The notes: generated by a model from the sequence alone, not told the origin. 64,000 nt of DNA from Actinomycetes bacterium (GCA_023458095.1 JAEXAS010000004.1:55639-119638); one strand, 5' to 3'; positions 50,461 to 60,294 are shown, numbered from the stretch's first letter. Program-made: numbers and translations.

Positions 50461-51436
50461 CACGATGACGATCGCGAAGGCCCTTAATGCGGGCCTGCGG
50501 CGTGCCCTGGCCGCCGAGCCCAAAGCGCTGCTGTACGGCGAAGACATCGGCAAACTCGGAGGCGTCTTTCGAGTCACCGAAGGTCTGCAGGAGGAATTCG
50601 GCCCGGACCGGGTGGTGGATTCCCCGCTGGCCGAATCCGGCCTGCTGGGCACGGCTGTCGGCTTGGCCTCGCGGGGCTACCGTCCGGTGGTGGAGATTCA
50701 GTTTGATGGATTCGTCTTCCCGGCTTTCGACCAGTTGGTCTCCCAAGTCTCCCGGTTGCGCTTCCGAACCGCCGGACGCATCGGTCTGCCGCTGGTGCTG
50801 CGCATTCCCTACGGCGGCGGCATCGGGGCCATCGAGCACCACTCCGAGTCTCCGGAGGCCTATTTTGCGCATACCCCGGGCCTGAAAGTAGTGACCTGTG
50901 CCACCGCCGAGGATGCCTATTGGATGATTCAGCAGGCCATCGCCGATGACGATCCGGTGGTCTTTCTCGAACCCAAACGGCGCTACCACGACAAGGGCGA
51001 GGTGGACACCGATCAGCATTCGGCACCGTCCTCGCTGTACTCGGCTCGGATCGTCAAGCCGGGAACTCGGGCGACGCTGCTCGCCTACGGGCCCATGGTG
51101 CGCACCTGCGTGGAGGCCGCTCTGGTCGCCGCCGCGGAGGGGATCGACCTGGAGGTCATCGACCTGCGTTCGCTGTCCCCGCTGGATGAAGCGACCATCA
51201 TCGCCTCGGTGAAACGCACCGGCCGGGCCGTCATCGTGCATGAGGCGGCCCGAAACCTCGGGATGGGTGCGGAGATCGCCGCCCGCATCCAGGAGCACTG
51301 CCTTTACGAGTTGGAGGCTCCGGTGTTGCGCGTCACCGGCTACGACACGCCCTATCCGCCGTCCCGAGTCGAGGAGGACTATCTGCCTGACCTGGACCGG
51401 ATCCTCGATGCCGTCGACCGAACTGTGAATGGGTGA
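50456..51436 (+). CDS. pdhB: 2-oxoacid dehydrogenase E1 beta
   Basis: GEDIGKLGGVFRVT, DSPLAESG, EIQFDGF, EHHSES. Confidence 0.93.
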   Translation: MTTMTIAKALNAGLRRALAAEPKALLYGEDIGKLGGVFRVTEGLQEEFGPDRVVDSPLAESGLLGTAVGLASRGYRPVVEIQFDGFVFPAFDQLVSQVSRLRFRTAGRIGLPLVLRIPYGGGIGAIEHHSESPEAYFAHTPGLKVVTCATAEDAYWMIQQAIADDDPVVFLEPKRRYHDKGEVDTDQHSAPSSLYSARIVKPGTRATLLAYGPMVRTCVEAALVAAAEGIDLEVIDLRSLSPLDEATIIASVKRTGRAVIVHEAARNLGMGAEIAARIQEHCLYELEAPVLRVTGYDTPYPPSRVEEDYLPDLDRILDAVDRTVNG

Positions 51437-51447
51437 AGGAGCTCCCC

Positions 51448-52986
51448 ATGCCGGAATTCAAACTGCCTGACCCAGGTGAAGGACTTCAAGAGGCCGAGAT
51501 CGTGCAATGGCGCGTCGCGGTCGGCGACGTGGTCGCGGTCAACGACGTGCTGGTCGAGATCGAGACCGCCAAGTCACTGGTGGAGTTGCCCAGCCCGTAC
51601 GCCGGGGTCGTCACCGCTCTGCTGGTCGCTGAAGGCGACGAAGTGCCCATCGGCACGCCGATCATTCGCATCGACGAGGAGCGCCCTTCGACAAGCTCAG
51701 GGAACGGAAGTGGGGGGCCAGGGAACGGGAACCAGGCGCCAAGAGACGCGAGCGCGGAGCCAGGGAACGGAAGCGCGGAGCCAGGGAACGGCGGCCCAGA
51801 CACACCCCCGCTGGCTGAGCCTGTCGAAGCCCCACCGCTGGCTGAGCCTGTCGAAGCCCCGCTGACCGACGCAGCCGTCGAGTATCCGACAGCGAAGGCC
51901 GAGGCAACGACGGGTGCGGTGCTGGTTGGATACGGAGCCAAAGCCGGTTCCATCGCACGTCGGCGCCGTCGCCATGCTGAGCTGGCCGTCCCCGAGACCG
52001 AGCAGGTACAGGAGTCCTACGACACCGACAAACCGGTGTCGCGGCACACCGATGACGTCACTCCGTCCGAACCGCTGTCGGCCACGGCGTCCGGAGATCC
52101 GCTGCCTCCGCCGGGACGTCCGCGCCCCGCCGCACCCGGTGGACGGGCACCCCGCGCCAAGCCGGCCGTCCGGCGAGTGGCCCGGGATCTGGGGGTGGAC
52201 CTGAACCAGGTTCGCGGCACCGGGCCCGATGGTCTCATCACAGCCGAAGATGTGGTTGCAAGCCTGGGCACCCTGCCCGGCGTCGACAAGCGCCTTCCGC
52301 TGCGCGGGGTACGCAAAGAGATGTTCGCCACCATGACCGCCTCGCTGCAGGTTCCGCAGGCCACCGCCATGATCGAAGCCGACGTCACCGGTTCGGTGGA
52401 GATGCTGCAACTACTCAAGCAGCGCCGCGAGTTCACCAATCTGCGGGTCTCTCCGCTGTTGGTCTTCGCCAAGGCGGCCTGTCTGGCGATCTCGAAGATC
52501 CCCGAGGTCAACTCCAGCTACGACGAGGCGTCCCGCGAGATCGTGCTGCATGGGTCGGTGAACCTCGGGATCGCCGCTGCGACCCCGCGCGGTTTGATGG
52601 TGCCCAACATCAAGAGCGCCGAGAGGATGAACCTCACCGAGCTCGCTGAGGCGCTCAACGCGATGGTGGCCGTGGCCCGCGAGGGCCGGGTCCAGCCCTA
52701 TGACCTGGCCGGCGGCACCTTTACCATCACCAATATCGGGGTGTTCGGCGTCGATGGTGGCACTCCGATCCTGAGTCCCGGAGAAGCCGCGATCATGTGC
52801 CTGGGCACGATCCGTCGCAAGCCCTGGGTGGTCGGCACCGGCGCGGACGAGCGCATCGAACCACGCAGCGTGTGCACAGTCTCGCTCACCTTCGACCACC
52901 GCCTGGTGGACGGCGAAATGGCGTCCAAGTTCCTCTCCGAGGTGGCCACCATCATGTCCAATCCCGGCTTGGCGCTGCTTTTCTAA
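51448..52986 (+). CDS. pdhC: Dihydrolipoamide acyltransferase E2
   Basis: Lipoyl ETAKS, subunit-binding GTGPDGLITAEDV, catalytic DHRLVDG. Confidence 0.93.
   Translation: MPEFKLPDPGEGLQEAEIVQWRVAVGDVVAVNDVLVEIETAKSLVELPSPYAGVVTALLVAEGDEVPIGTPIIRIDEERPSTSSGNGSGGPGNGNQAPRDASAEPGNGSAEPGNGGPDTPPLAEPVEAPPLAEPVEAPLTDAAVEYPTAKAEATTGAVLVGYGAKAGSIARRRRRHAELAVPETEQVQESYDTDKPVSRHTDDVTPSEPLSATASGDPLPPPGRPRPAAPGGRAPRAKPAVRRVARDLGVDLNQVRGTGPDGLITAEDVVASLGTLPGVDKRLPLRGVRKEMFATMTASLQVPQATAMIEADVTGSVEMLQLLKQRREFTNLRVSPLLVFAKAACLAISKIPEVNSSYDEASREIVLHGSVNLGIAAATPRGLMVPNIKSAERMNLTELAEALNAMVAVAREGRVQPYDLAGGTFTITNIGVFGVDGGTPILSPGEAAIMCLGTIRRKPWVVGTGADERIEPRSVCTVSLTFDHRLVDGEMASKFLSEVATIMSNPGLALLF
51684..51860. repeat. 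REP-like cluster 3, in frame within the E2 linker
   Basis: CCCTTCGACAAGCTCAGGGAACGG, 21-bp units and two CCGCTGGCTGAGCCTGTCGAAGCCCC copies; encodes PSTSSGNG...PLAEPVEA twice. Confidence 0.85.
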
Positions 52987-53006
52987 CCCGCCCGGCGGCA
53001 TTCCCC

Positions 53007-53176
53007 GGCTTCGACAAGCTCAGCCAACGGTAGACCCGTGCCCTGAGCCTGTCGAAGGGCGAAGCACGCGGGCGATCACCTCACAGCTAGTGCGCAATCT
53101 TCGCTCGGCGCAGGGGAGTGGCCCTTCGACAGGCTCAGGGAACGGAGCTCCGGATTCCCCACCCGCTGGCTGAGCC
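53007..53176. repeat. REP-like cluster 4 downstream of E2
   Basis: GCTTCGACAAGCTCAGCC, CCCTGAGCCTGTCGAAGGG, CCCTTCGACAGGCTCAGGG. Confidence 0.8.
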
Positions 53177-53293
53177 CCCCAGCGCCGCTCCCGCCGTCCA
53201 GTCGCCGGGGGAGGTTTACCGGTCAGGACGCGTAAACGCCGTCGAGACCTCAGCGACGAAGTCGTGGTCCGACGGCGTTTCGGAGCAGAAGGG

Positions 53294-53515
53294 TCAGCTC
53301 CACCAGATCTGGCGGGCGCGAGGATTGCCCTGAGACTCGAAGGAGTCTCCGGCTTCCTTGAGCACCTGGACCAGGTCGGCCTCGGTGAAGTCGTAGCCAT
53401 CGGCGACGGCGGCGGCCACGAAGTCCTCCATGGTCTCCAACTGGTCGTACTTCAAGCGGATGGTCTTGTCCTCGCCGCCGGCGATCAGCAGGCGTTCGGC
53501 TTCGTCTTTGGCCAT
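53294..53515 (-). CDS. Nif11-like leader peptide family protein
   Basis: 73 aa; EDFVAAAVADGYDFTEADL resembles the Nif11 GYxFTxxEL motif; SD AAGGAG. Confidence 0.7.
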   Translation of the reverse strand: MAKDEAERLLIAGGEDKTIRLKYDQLETMEDFVAAAVADGYDFTEADLVQVLKEAGDSFESQGNPRARQIWWS

Positions 53516-53722
53516 TTCGGTCTCCTTGGGTCGATGACGTGGCTCGGCGTGCGACTCTGGACGGCCGGGCTCAGGCTAGCGGGCTGATTGCGGGTTTTAA
53601 CCTGGGGTCGCAAGGCTGTAACAACCCTGCAAAGCGAGCGGACGAACAAAGCGCGACGACGTTGAGGTTCTAGAGTTGGCCTCGGGCCAGACCCGGCACC
53701 GCTGACCTGGACAGGAGCCACC

Positions 53723-54847
53723 ATGATCGAACCGACCAGCCTCGCGGTGACGCGGCTGGACAACATCTACGCCAACCTGGAGGCCATCCGGGCGCGGGTG
53801 GGTTCGCGATTGGTTCTGGCCGCAGTCAAGGCCGACGCCTACGGACATGGCGCTGTTGCGGTGTCTCGGATGATCCAGGAGTCCAAGCTGGCCGACTGGC
53901 TGGGCGTCGCCACCGTCGGCGAAGGTCTGGAATTGCGCGCCGCCGGCATCACCATGCCAATTCTGAAGCTGTCGATGACCCGGCACCCGGAGGAGACGCT
54001 GGCGGCCGTGACCAACAGCATCACCCTCACCGTGACCGACACCACTTCGATCGTGGCGGCCGCAGCCGCGGCGCTCAACGCCGGTGTGGTGGCCGATGTG
54101 CATCTGAAGATCGACACCGGAATGCGGCGCATCGGCTGCGCACCGGAGCAAGCCGTGGAGTTGGCCAATCTGATCGATGCCACCGCCTCGCTCAGCCTCG
54201 GCGGGGTGTTCTCCCATCTGCCGATCGCCGATGATCCGGACGGCGCCGACTTCACTCAGAACCAGATCCGCCTCTTTGCCGACACGGTGGCCCGAATCGA
54301 GGCTGCCCGCGGCCCCGTGCCGCTGAAGCATCTGGCCAACTCCGGCGCGATCCTGAACCACCCCGAAGCCTGGCTGGACATGGTGCGGCCCGGAATCATC
54401 ATCTACGGCGCCTACCCCGACCCGAAGGCGGCGCGAAGCGTGGCGCTGCGTCCGGGAATGGAATGGTCGACCTATCTGAGCTTTGTGAAGACGGTGCGCG
54501 CCGGGCAGGCGGTGAGTTACGGCCTGAGCTGGACCGCTGAAACCGACACTCAGGTCGGCACGATTCCGATCGGCTATGCCGATGGCTTCTCCCGGCTGCT
54601 GAGCAACCGCGGACGGGTGCTGGTCGGCGGACGCAGTTGCCCGGTGATCGGCCAGGTCTGTATGGATCAGACCCTCATCGACCTCGGCGCCCACAGCGAT
54701 GCTGTGCTGGGCGACGAAGTGATCCTGGTGGGAGCCGAAGCCGATCAGGAGATCACCACCACCGAATTGGCCGAACTGATGGGAACCATCCCCTACGAGG
54801 TCACCTGCCTCCTCACCCCTCGGGTGGGCCGAGAGTACCTGCGCTGA
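53723..54847 (+). CDS. alr: Alanine racemase
   Basis: AVKADAYGHG (PLP Lys), KIDTGMRRIG, VSYG, GYADG, VCMDQ. Confidence 0.93.
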   Translation: MIEPTSLAVTRLDNIYANLEAIRARVGSRLVLAAVKADAYGHGAVAVSRMIQESKLADWLGVATVGEGLELRAAGITMPILKLSMTRHPEETLAAVTNSITLTVTDTTSIVAAAAAALNAGVVADVHLKIDTGMRRIGCAPEQAVELANLIDATASLSLGGVFSHLPIADDPDGADFTQNQIRLFADTVARIEAARGPVPLKHLANSGAILNHPEAWLDMVRPGIIIYGAYPDPKAARSVALRPGMEWSTYLSFVKTVRAGQAVSYGLSWTAETDTQVGTIPIGYADGFSRLLSNRGRVLVGGRSCPVIGQVCMDQTLIDLGAHSDAVLGDEVILVGAEADQEITTTELAELMGTIPYEVTCLLTPRVGREYLR

Positions 54848-54852
54848 GCCGG

Positions 54853-55095
54853 CCTTCGACAAGCTCAGGCAACGACGAGTCGGACCCGGCTCGGCAGTCG
54901 GCTCACACCGGCCCGGATTCGGGCGCCAGCGGGGTTCAGCGCTCCTCAGCCCACTCAGGCCACCGAGACCTGTGCAGCCTTCGACAAGCTCAGGCAACGG
55001 GAAGTCGGACCCCTGAGTTGCTGCACCCCGTGCCCTGAGTTACTTCACCCCGTGCCCTGAGCTGCTGCACCCCGTGCCCTGAGCTTGTCGAAGGG
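54853..55095. repeat. REP-like cluster 5 with 22-bp tandem array
   Basis: CCTTCGACAAGCTCAGG twice; CCCTGAG at 55011, 55033, 55055 and 55077, ending in CCCTGAGCTTGTCGAAGGG. Confidence 0.82.
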
Positions 55096-55100
55096 CAACC

Positions 55101-56120
55101 TCAGCGCCAGCCCAGGCCCGGCGCGACCTGGGTAAGCAGCGCCTCGATGACGTGGGCGTTGTAGTCGACCCCGAGCTGGTTGGGAATGGTGAGCAGCACC
55201 GTGTCGGCTGCGGCAATCGCCTCGTCCTTGGCCAACTGTTCGATCAGGACGTCAGGTTCGGCGGCATAGGACGGGCCGAACCGGGCGTTGCCGCCGTCGA
55301 GGTAACCGACTTGATCGGTCTCGGGGCCGCGTCCACCGAAGTAGGCGCGATCTCGGTCGTCGACCAGCGGGAAGATGCTGCGGCTGACCGACACCCGCGG
55401 CGTCCAGTCATGGCCGGCCTGATCCCACGCCGTACGGAAGCGCTGGATCTGCTCGGCCTGCAACTGATGGAAGGGGATGCCGGTGTCCTCGGTCAGCAAC
55501 GTCGAACTCATCAGGTTCATGCCCTGTCCGGCCGCCCATTCCGCGGTGGCGCGAGTGCCTGCTCCCCACCAGATCCGCTGGCGCAGGCCTTCTGAATACG
55601 GTTCCAGCCGCAGCAAGCCCGGCGGATTGGGGAACATCGGTGCCGGATTCGGCTGCGCGAAGCCCTTGCCGTTGAGCATCTCCAAGAAGACCTCGGTGTG
55701 CTGGCGGGCCATGTCGGCGTCCGTGCCACCCTCGGCGGGGACATAGCCGAAGTATTTGTAGCCCTCGATGACCTGCTCGGGCGATCCCCGGCTGATCCCC
55801 AACTGCAAGCGGCCTTCGGAGATCAGGTCGGCGGCACCGGCGTCCTCAGCCATGTACAACGGATTCTCGTAGCGCATGTCGATGACGCCGGTGCCGATCT
55901 CGATGCGCGAGGTCTTGGCGCCGATCGCGGCCAGCAGCGGGAACGGCGAACCGAGCTGGCGTGCGAAATGGTGAACACGGAAGTAGGCGCCGTCAGCGCC
56001 GAGGTCCTCGACGGCCTGGGCCAGTTCGATCGACTGCAGCAGAGCATCTGACCCGGAGCGCACTTGCGAGTGCACCGAAGGAGTCCAGTGCCCGAAGGAA
56101 AGAAAACCAATATGCTTCAC
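55101..56120 (-). CDS. LLM class flavin-dependent oxidoreductase
   Basis: GAYFRVHHF, IEIGTGVIDMRYENP, GRLQLGISRG. Confidence 0.9.
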   Translation of the reverse strand: MKHIGFLSFGHWTPSVHSQVRSGSDALLQSIELAQAVEDLGADGAYFRVHHFARQLGSPFPLLAAIGAKTSRIEIGTGVIDMRYENPLYMAEDAGAADLISEGRLQLGISRGSPEQVIEGYKYFGYVPAEGGTDADMARQHTEVFLEMLNGKGFAQPNPAPMFPNPPGLLRLEPYSEGLRQRIWWGAGTRATAEWAAGQGMNLMSSTLLTEDTGIPFHQLQAEQIQRFRTAWDQAGHDWTPRVSVSRSIFPLVDDRDRAYFGGRGPETDQVGYLDGGNARFGPSYAAEPDVLIEQLAKDEAIAAADTVLLTIPNQLGVDYNAHVIEALLTQVAPGLGWR

Positions 56121-56228
56121 GATTTAACTAACCTCGGCCCTGGTCGAAACATTCCCACAGCAACCACCCAGTCCGCTGCCAGGCGTCGGCGACGAGGCGG
56201 TTCGGGATCATCTGGCAACCTTGTTGTC

Positions 56229-57053
56229 ATGAGTGACAGGTTCTGGCCAGTGCACAGCGATCAGCAGCCGTGGTTCCGTGTGGGCCGGGTGGAAGTGACC
56301 ACGACCACCTTCGTGGTCGGGTTGACCGTCATCTCGTGGCTGGTCTGGGTGGGCACCGCAACGAACAGCAAACAGTGGCTGGCCTACACCCTGTCCGGCG
56401 TCCTCAACGGCGAGGTGTGGAGACTCTTCACCTGGCCGTTTGCAGAGGGCCTGAGCATTTGGTCGATTCTCACCGCCGCCATGCTGTGGTACTTCGGCAA
56501 CATGCTGGAGCAGTCGATCGGCCGGCGCCGGATGGCCTGGCTCTTCGTTGGCATCTGGGCGGCCCTGACGGCTGCGTCAATGGCGGTGGCAGCGGTGCTC
56601 TCGCTGCCGAGTGCCCTGGCCGGCATCAGCATGATCCAGTTCGCCATCTTGTTGCTGTGGATCGCGGAGTATCCGCACGCCCGCTTCCTGTTCAACATTC
56701 CAGCGTGGGTTTTCGGTCTGATCATCGTCGCCGTCCAGGTGTTGCAGATGGTTGCCTACCTAATGTGGACCGCACTGCTGGCGCTGCTGCTCAGCCTGTT
56801 CTTCGTGGCGATCGTCGCGCGCATGGTCGGCCTTCTCACCGAGTACCCCTGGATTCCCGGGGGACGCCGTCAACGCACCCCCAAACCAGCGAAGACCCCC
56901 CGCAAGCAGGCTCGCCAGGAGTCACGTCAGGCTTCGGACCAGGAGCGCATGGACGCCCTGCTCGATCAGATCAGCCAACACGGTCTGCAGAGCCTGACCC
57001 CGGCCCAGCGCAAGGAGCTCAAGCGGCTCAGTGACCGCCGTCGTAACGGCTGA
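56229..57053 (+). CDS. Rhomboid-like membrane protein with DUF6576-like tail
   Basis: GEVWRLFT, about six TM helices, tail MDALLDQISQHGLQSLT; no GxSG motif. Confidence 0.7.
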   Translation: MSDRFWPVHSDQQPWFRVGRVEVTTTTFVVGLTVISWLVWVGTATNSKQWLAYTLSGVLNGEVWRLFTWPFAEGLSIWSILTAAMLWYFGNMLEQSIGRRRMAWLFVGIWAALTAASMAVAAVLSLPSALAGISMIQFAILLLWIAEYPHARFLFNIPAWVFGLIIVAVQVLQMVAYLMWTALLALLLSLFFVAIVARMVGLLTEYPWIPGGRRQRTPKPAKTPRKQARQESRQASDQERMDALLDQISQHGLQSLTPAQRKELKRLSDRRRNG

Positions 57054-57324
57054 CCGGGACTCATAATCCGAAGCCCTTCTAAAGCACCAAAGTCCGGGCC
57101 GCTATTCTCGAAAGTCTCAAGGCTCGGGAGATATTCGCCTATTCTCCGCCTCTGCAGTTAGGCTGCGCTTCAACCTCGACAATGCATGACCTGCCTCGCA
57201 GATGACTATCAAGATGGGTCCTCACAATGGTCATTGCCGACGGGTTGTTCCGACATCAGAGAGGGCACTCAATGCGGGTAGAACCACGCCGCTCCACCGT
57301 TGTCCTTGCCTGCGATTAGTCACC

Positions 57325-57960
57325 ATGCTGGTCGCTGAACACATCGGTTACACCTACCCGAACTCGAATCGCGGGCTTCGCCCACCAGGGGTTTCCCTCG
57401 TGGCGCGTCCAGGCGAAATCACCGTCTTGCGCGGGGACTCCGGTTCTGGCAAGTCAACGCTTCTCGCCTGTCTGGCCGGAGTACTCACACCCACTTCGGG
57501 CGAACTGTCCATCGACAGGCGGGTCATCACGCATGCCCCCGCGCACGACCTTGCACCGGCCCGGATGCTGGTTCTCCAGAACTCGGGGCTGTTCGAACGG
57601 CTGCCCATCTGGCAAAACGTTGCGATCGCCTGGGGTTGGCCCGGCTCAAAAATCCGCAGCCGCGCGTATGAACACCTTGAGATTCTGGGGATTGGCGATC
57701 TAGCCGATCAACTCCCATCCAAGCTGTCACTGGGCCAGCGCCAGCGGGCCGCCATCGCCACCGCTACCGCTTGCGATCCCCGAGTGATCCTCGCGGACGA
57801 ACCGACGGGAAGCCTGGACCCAGGCAACTCCGACAAGGTCACCCAACTTCTGAGAAGGATCGCTGATCAGGACCGTATCGTCATTGTCGCAAGTCACGAC
57901 GAGAGGGTGCTTCGGATCGCAGACGCCACCGTCGAACTCGCGGCGGAGCAAGCTCCATGA
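57325..57960 (+). CDS. ABC transporter ATP-binding protein (LolD/MacB-like)
   Basis: GDSGSGKST, LSLGQRQR, LADEPTGSLD, SHD. Confidence 0.9.
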   Translation: MLVAEHIGYTYPNSNRGLRPPGVSLVARPGEITVLRGDSGSGKSTLLACLAGVLTPTSGELSIDRRVITHAPAHDLAPARMLVLQNSGLFERLPIWQNVAIAWGWPGSKIRSRAYEHLEILGIGDLADQLPSKLSLGQRQRAAIATATACDPRVILADEPTGSLDPGNSDKVTQLLRRIADQDRIVIVASHDERVLRIADATVELAAEQAP

Positions 57961-59159
57961 TGACCACAAAGCGCCGCATGTCCTGGCTGTTACTCTCACT
58001 GCTCAAGGGATTCAATTCGGGCCGAACCGCGTTCTTCATCACTCTTGTTCCCGTGACTGTTCTTGCTGCGCTCGTTGTCCCCGTAGTCCAGGCCACGACC
58101 ACGGTGCGCGCGCAATCCATGGGGGAAAGCATCGTGACCCAAATTCGGGTCACCCGACCAGATGGCTCGACAGAGGAAAACCTCAAAGCAAAAGAACTCA
58201 CCGGCCTCGCCGCTATTGATCGGGTCACCGCCGTTATTCCGCAAGACCCGGCCACGCTTTACGCCCCGGAGGATCAAGCCACGACAAGTTGGGGTGCCAC
58301 CGTTCTCGTGGTGGACCCCGCATCCCTTCCCAAGGAGGTCCCTACCGACGTCGCGCGAAACCTCACGGGCAATCAGGTCATCGTTCCCTCCAGCATTGAA
58401 CGAACGGACCTGACCTGCTGGGTCGGACGCAGCATGCCTGCCACCTATTCGGAGATGGTCGACGCGCACACAGGCGAAGCCCGCAACATCACCGTGGACG
58501 TCGTGGCAAGCTACCCCACCACATGGTCCGCGCCCTACCCTGACACGATCTTCGCCTCGCGTGACCTTGTCGTCCGGCTACTTTCGGCTCAGTACATGGT
58601 TGCTGAGAAGGACTTTCTGGCCACGGAAGGCTTCGCCGAGGTCGTGGTCAATGTGAATTCCATCGACGCCGTCGACCCCGTCGCCGCCCAGATTCGCGAA
58701 CTTGGTCTCGATGCCTACCCGCTTCGCGACCGGCTGGGCCGGCTGCCCGAGTCACTCGAGATGCTGCCCCAAGTCATTGCCATAGTGGGCTTGGGGACAC
58801 TTCTCGCGGCGACGGCTCTGATCGTCGGCGCGGTCGGATCGACGTTGCGCCGTAGGACTCAGGAGTTCGGGCTGTTGCGACTTCGTGGATGGACGAGAAC
58901 GGACGTTCTCCGACTCGTTTTGGCCGACGTGGGATTGGGCGTTGTTTTCGGGACGACCCTGGGGTCGCTGGTGGGACTCTGGCTCGGTACGTTGCTCGCC
59001 CAGGTGCTGCTCCACGAGCCTGGTGCGATCGGGCCAGCCTCGATCGCTATCGGCGTCATTTGGGTAGTGGTGGTCGCCCTTTCAGCCCTAACTGCGTTTG
59101 GCGCCACTCTCGTCGGACTCCGCCGAGACCCGTTCATCGCCATCATGACCCCCGCCTGA
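57957..59159 (+). CDS. ABC transporter permease (FtsX/MacB type)
   Basis: One TM, a large extracellular loop, then three TM; RRTQEFGLLRLRGW. Confidence 0.82.
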   Translation: MMTTKRRMSWLLLSLLKGFNSGRTAFFITLVPVTVLAALVVPVVQATTTVRAQSMGESIVTQIRVTRPDGSTEENLKAKELTGLAAIDRVTAVIPQDPATLYAPEDQATTSWGATVLVVDPASLPKEVPTDVARNLTGNQVIVPSSIERTDLTCWVGRSMPATYSEMVDAHTGEARNITVDVVASYPTTWSAPYPDTIFASRDLVVRLLSAQYMVAEKDFLATEGFAEVVVNVNSIDAVDPVAAQIRELGLDAYPLRDRLGRLPESLEMLPQVIAIVGLGTLLAATALIVGAVGSTLRRRTQEFGLLRLRGWTRTDVLRLVLADVGLGVVFGTTLGSLVGLWLGTLLAQVLLHEPGAIGPASIAIGVIWVVVVALSALTAFGATLVGLRRDPFIAIMTPA

Positions 59160-59244
59160 GGCACCCCTACCCACGTGCCACGTTTGGTCAGGGCGGCAGG
59201 CCGTCGACGGCTGCATTGCCCGTCGGAAGTGGCCGCGGTTGAGG

Positions 59245-59916
59245 TCAGCGGGTCAACTGTTGGCGGGCCACGAACTCGCGCTTGATGTAGCTGCCCAGCC
59301 CGAAGGTGAGCCAGCCGTCGACCACGGCGCCAACACCGCCACCAAGCAGCGGGATCGCGCGCATCACCACCACCGCCAGGTGCTTGCCACCCATCCGTCC
59401 GGCCAGGGAGCCCATCACGCGCTCACTGATCTGACGCTCCAGGTCGGGATCGAAGGTGGGTGCGGTGGCCACGCCGAGCGGTGAGGCAGGCAGCTTTCCG
59501 GCCGCGACCAACTTGCGCACCGGATCTTCCCCCAACATCGTCAAAGTGATGGCCGAGCGCACCCGAGGGTCTTCGACGTCATAGCCGCGCAGGTGCGCGA
59601 TGGCCGCAGTCATTCGGACGCTCAGAACGGCGAGGCCGGCGATATTGGCAGGCAGACCCACCGGGACGGTGACCCAACCCCCAATGCTGGTCAAGAAGCC
59701 TTGAGCGCTGGCCAGACTGATGTGCTGTCCGATGAGGGAGTCGATCGCCGCCTCGCGATCACCGCGAGACTGAAGAGTGCGGGCGGCAACAGCCTTGGCT
59801 CCGGGCAGTTGGTCGTTGCCGAAGATCGCGAAATCCACGATGCTGCGCAGCATGCCCCCGGCTACTTGCGGGGTTCGCGTCATGAGCTGCTTGCCCAGTT
59901 CGGCTGGCTTGGCCAT
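59245..59916 (-). CDS. EcsC family protein
   Basis: QGFLTSIGG, AIAHLRGYDV, IPLLGGGVGAVVD. Confidence 0.75.
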   Translation of the reverse strand: MAKPAELGKQLMTRTPQVAGGMLRSIVDFAIFGNDQLPGAKAVAARTLQSRGDREAAIDSLIGQHISLASAQGFLTSIGGWVTVPVGLPANIAGLAVLSVRMTAAIAHLRGYDVEDPRVRSAITLTMLGEDPVRKLVAAGKLPASPLGVATAPTFDPDLERQISERVMGSLAGRMGGKHLAVVVMRAIPLLGGGVGAVVDGWLTFGLGSYIKREFVARQQLTR

Positions 59917-60051
59917 CGAGTCACCTCTTCGGAGTTGGACGGGTCCAGCCTAGGCGAGATGCCGAAGGGTGCACTCCGGCGCCAACCCCGAACCAACCCC
60001 GGGATTGCGCCGAGGTTCGCAAGACTTCCCAAGTTTGGGATGACGTCGGCA

Positions 60052-60195
60052 TGGTTTCGAGACGCGGCTACGCCGCTCCTCAACCAGCCGGGCATAAAAG
60101 CCTCCGCAACCAGCCGGGCACAACAGCCTCCGCAACCAGCCGGGCACAACAGCCTCCTCAACCTGACGGGGACAAGGGCCTCCGCAACCAGCGGG
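60052..60195. repeat. Second REP-like element followed by a 26-bp tandem array
   Basis: GGTTTCGAGACG...CTCCTCAACCAGC; CTCC(G/T)CAACC at 60076, 60102, 60128, 60154 and 60180. Confidence 0.75.
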
Positions 60196-60294
60196 CGGCG
60201 CCGAGGCCTGAGCCGTCGCCACCCCGGCGTCCGAAGCCGCCAATCGCTGGTACTGCTCGGGACCGGCGAGCCACCGGTGCGGCAGAATCGAGCT

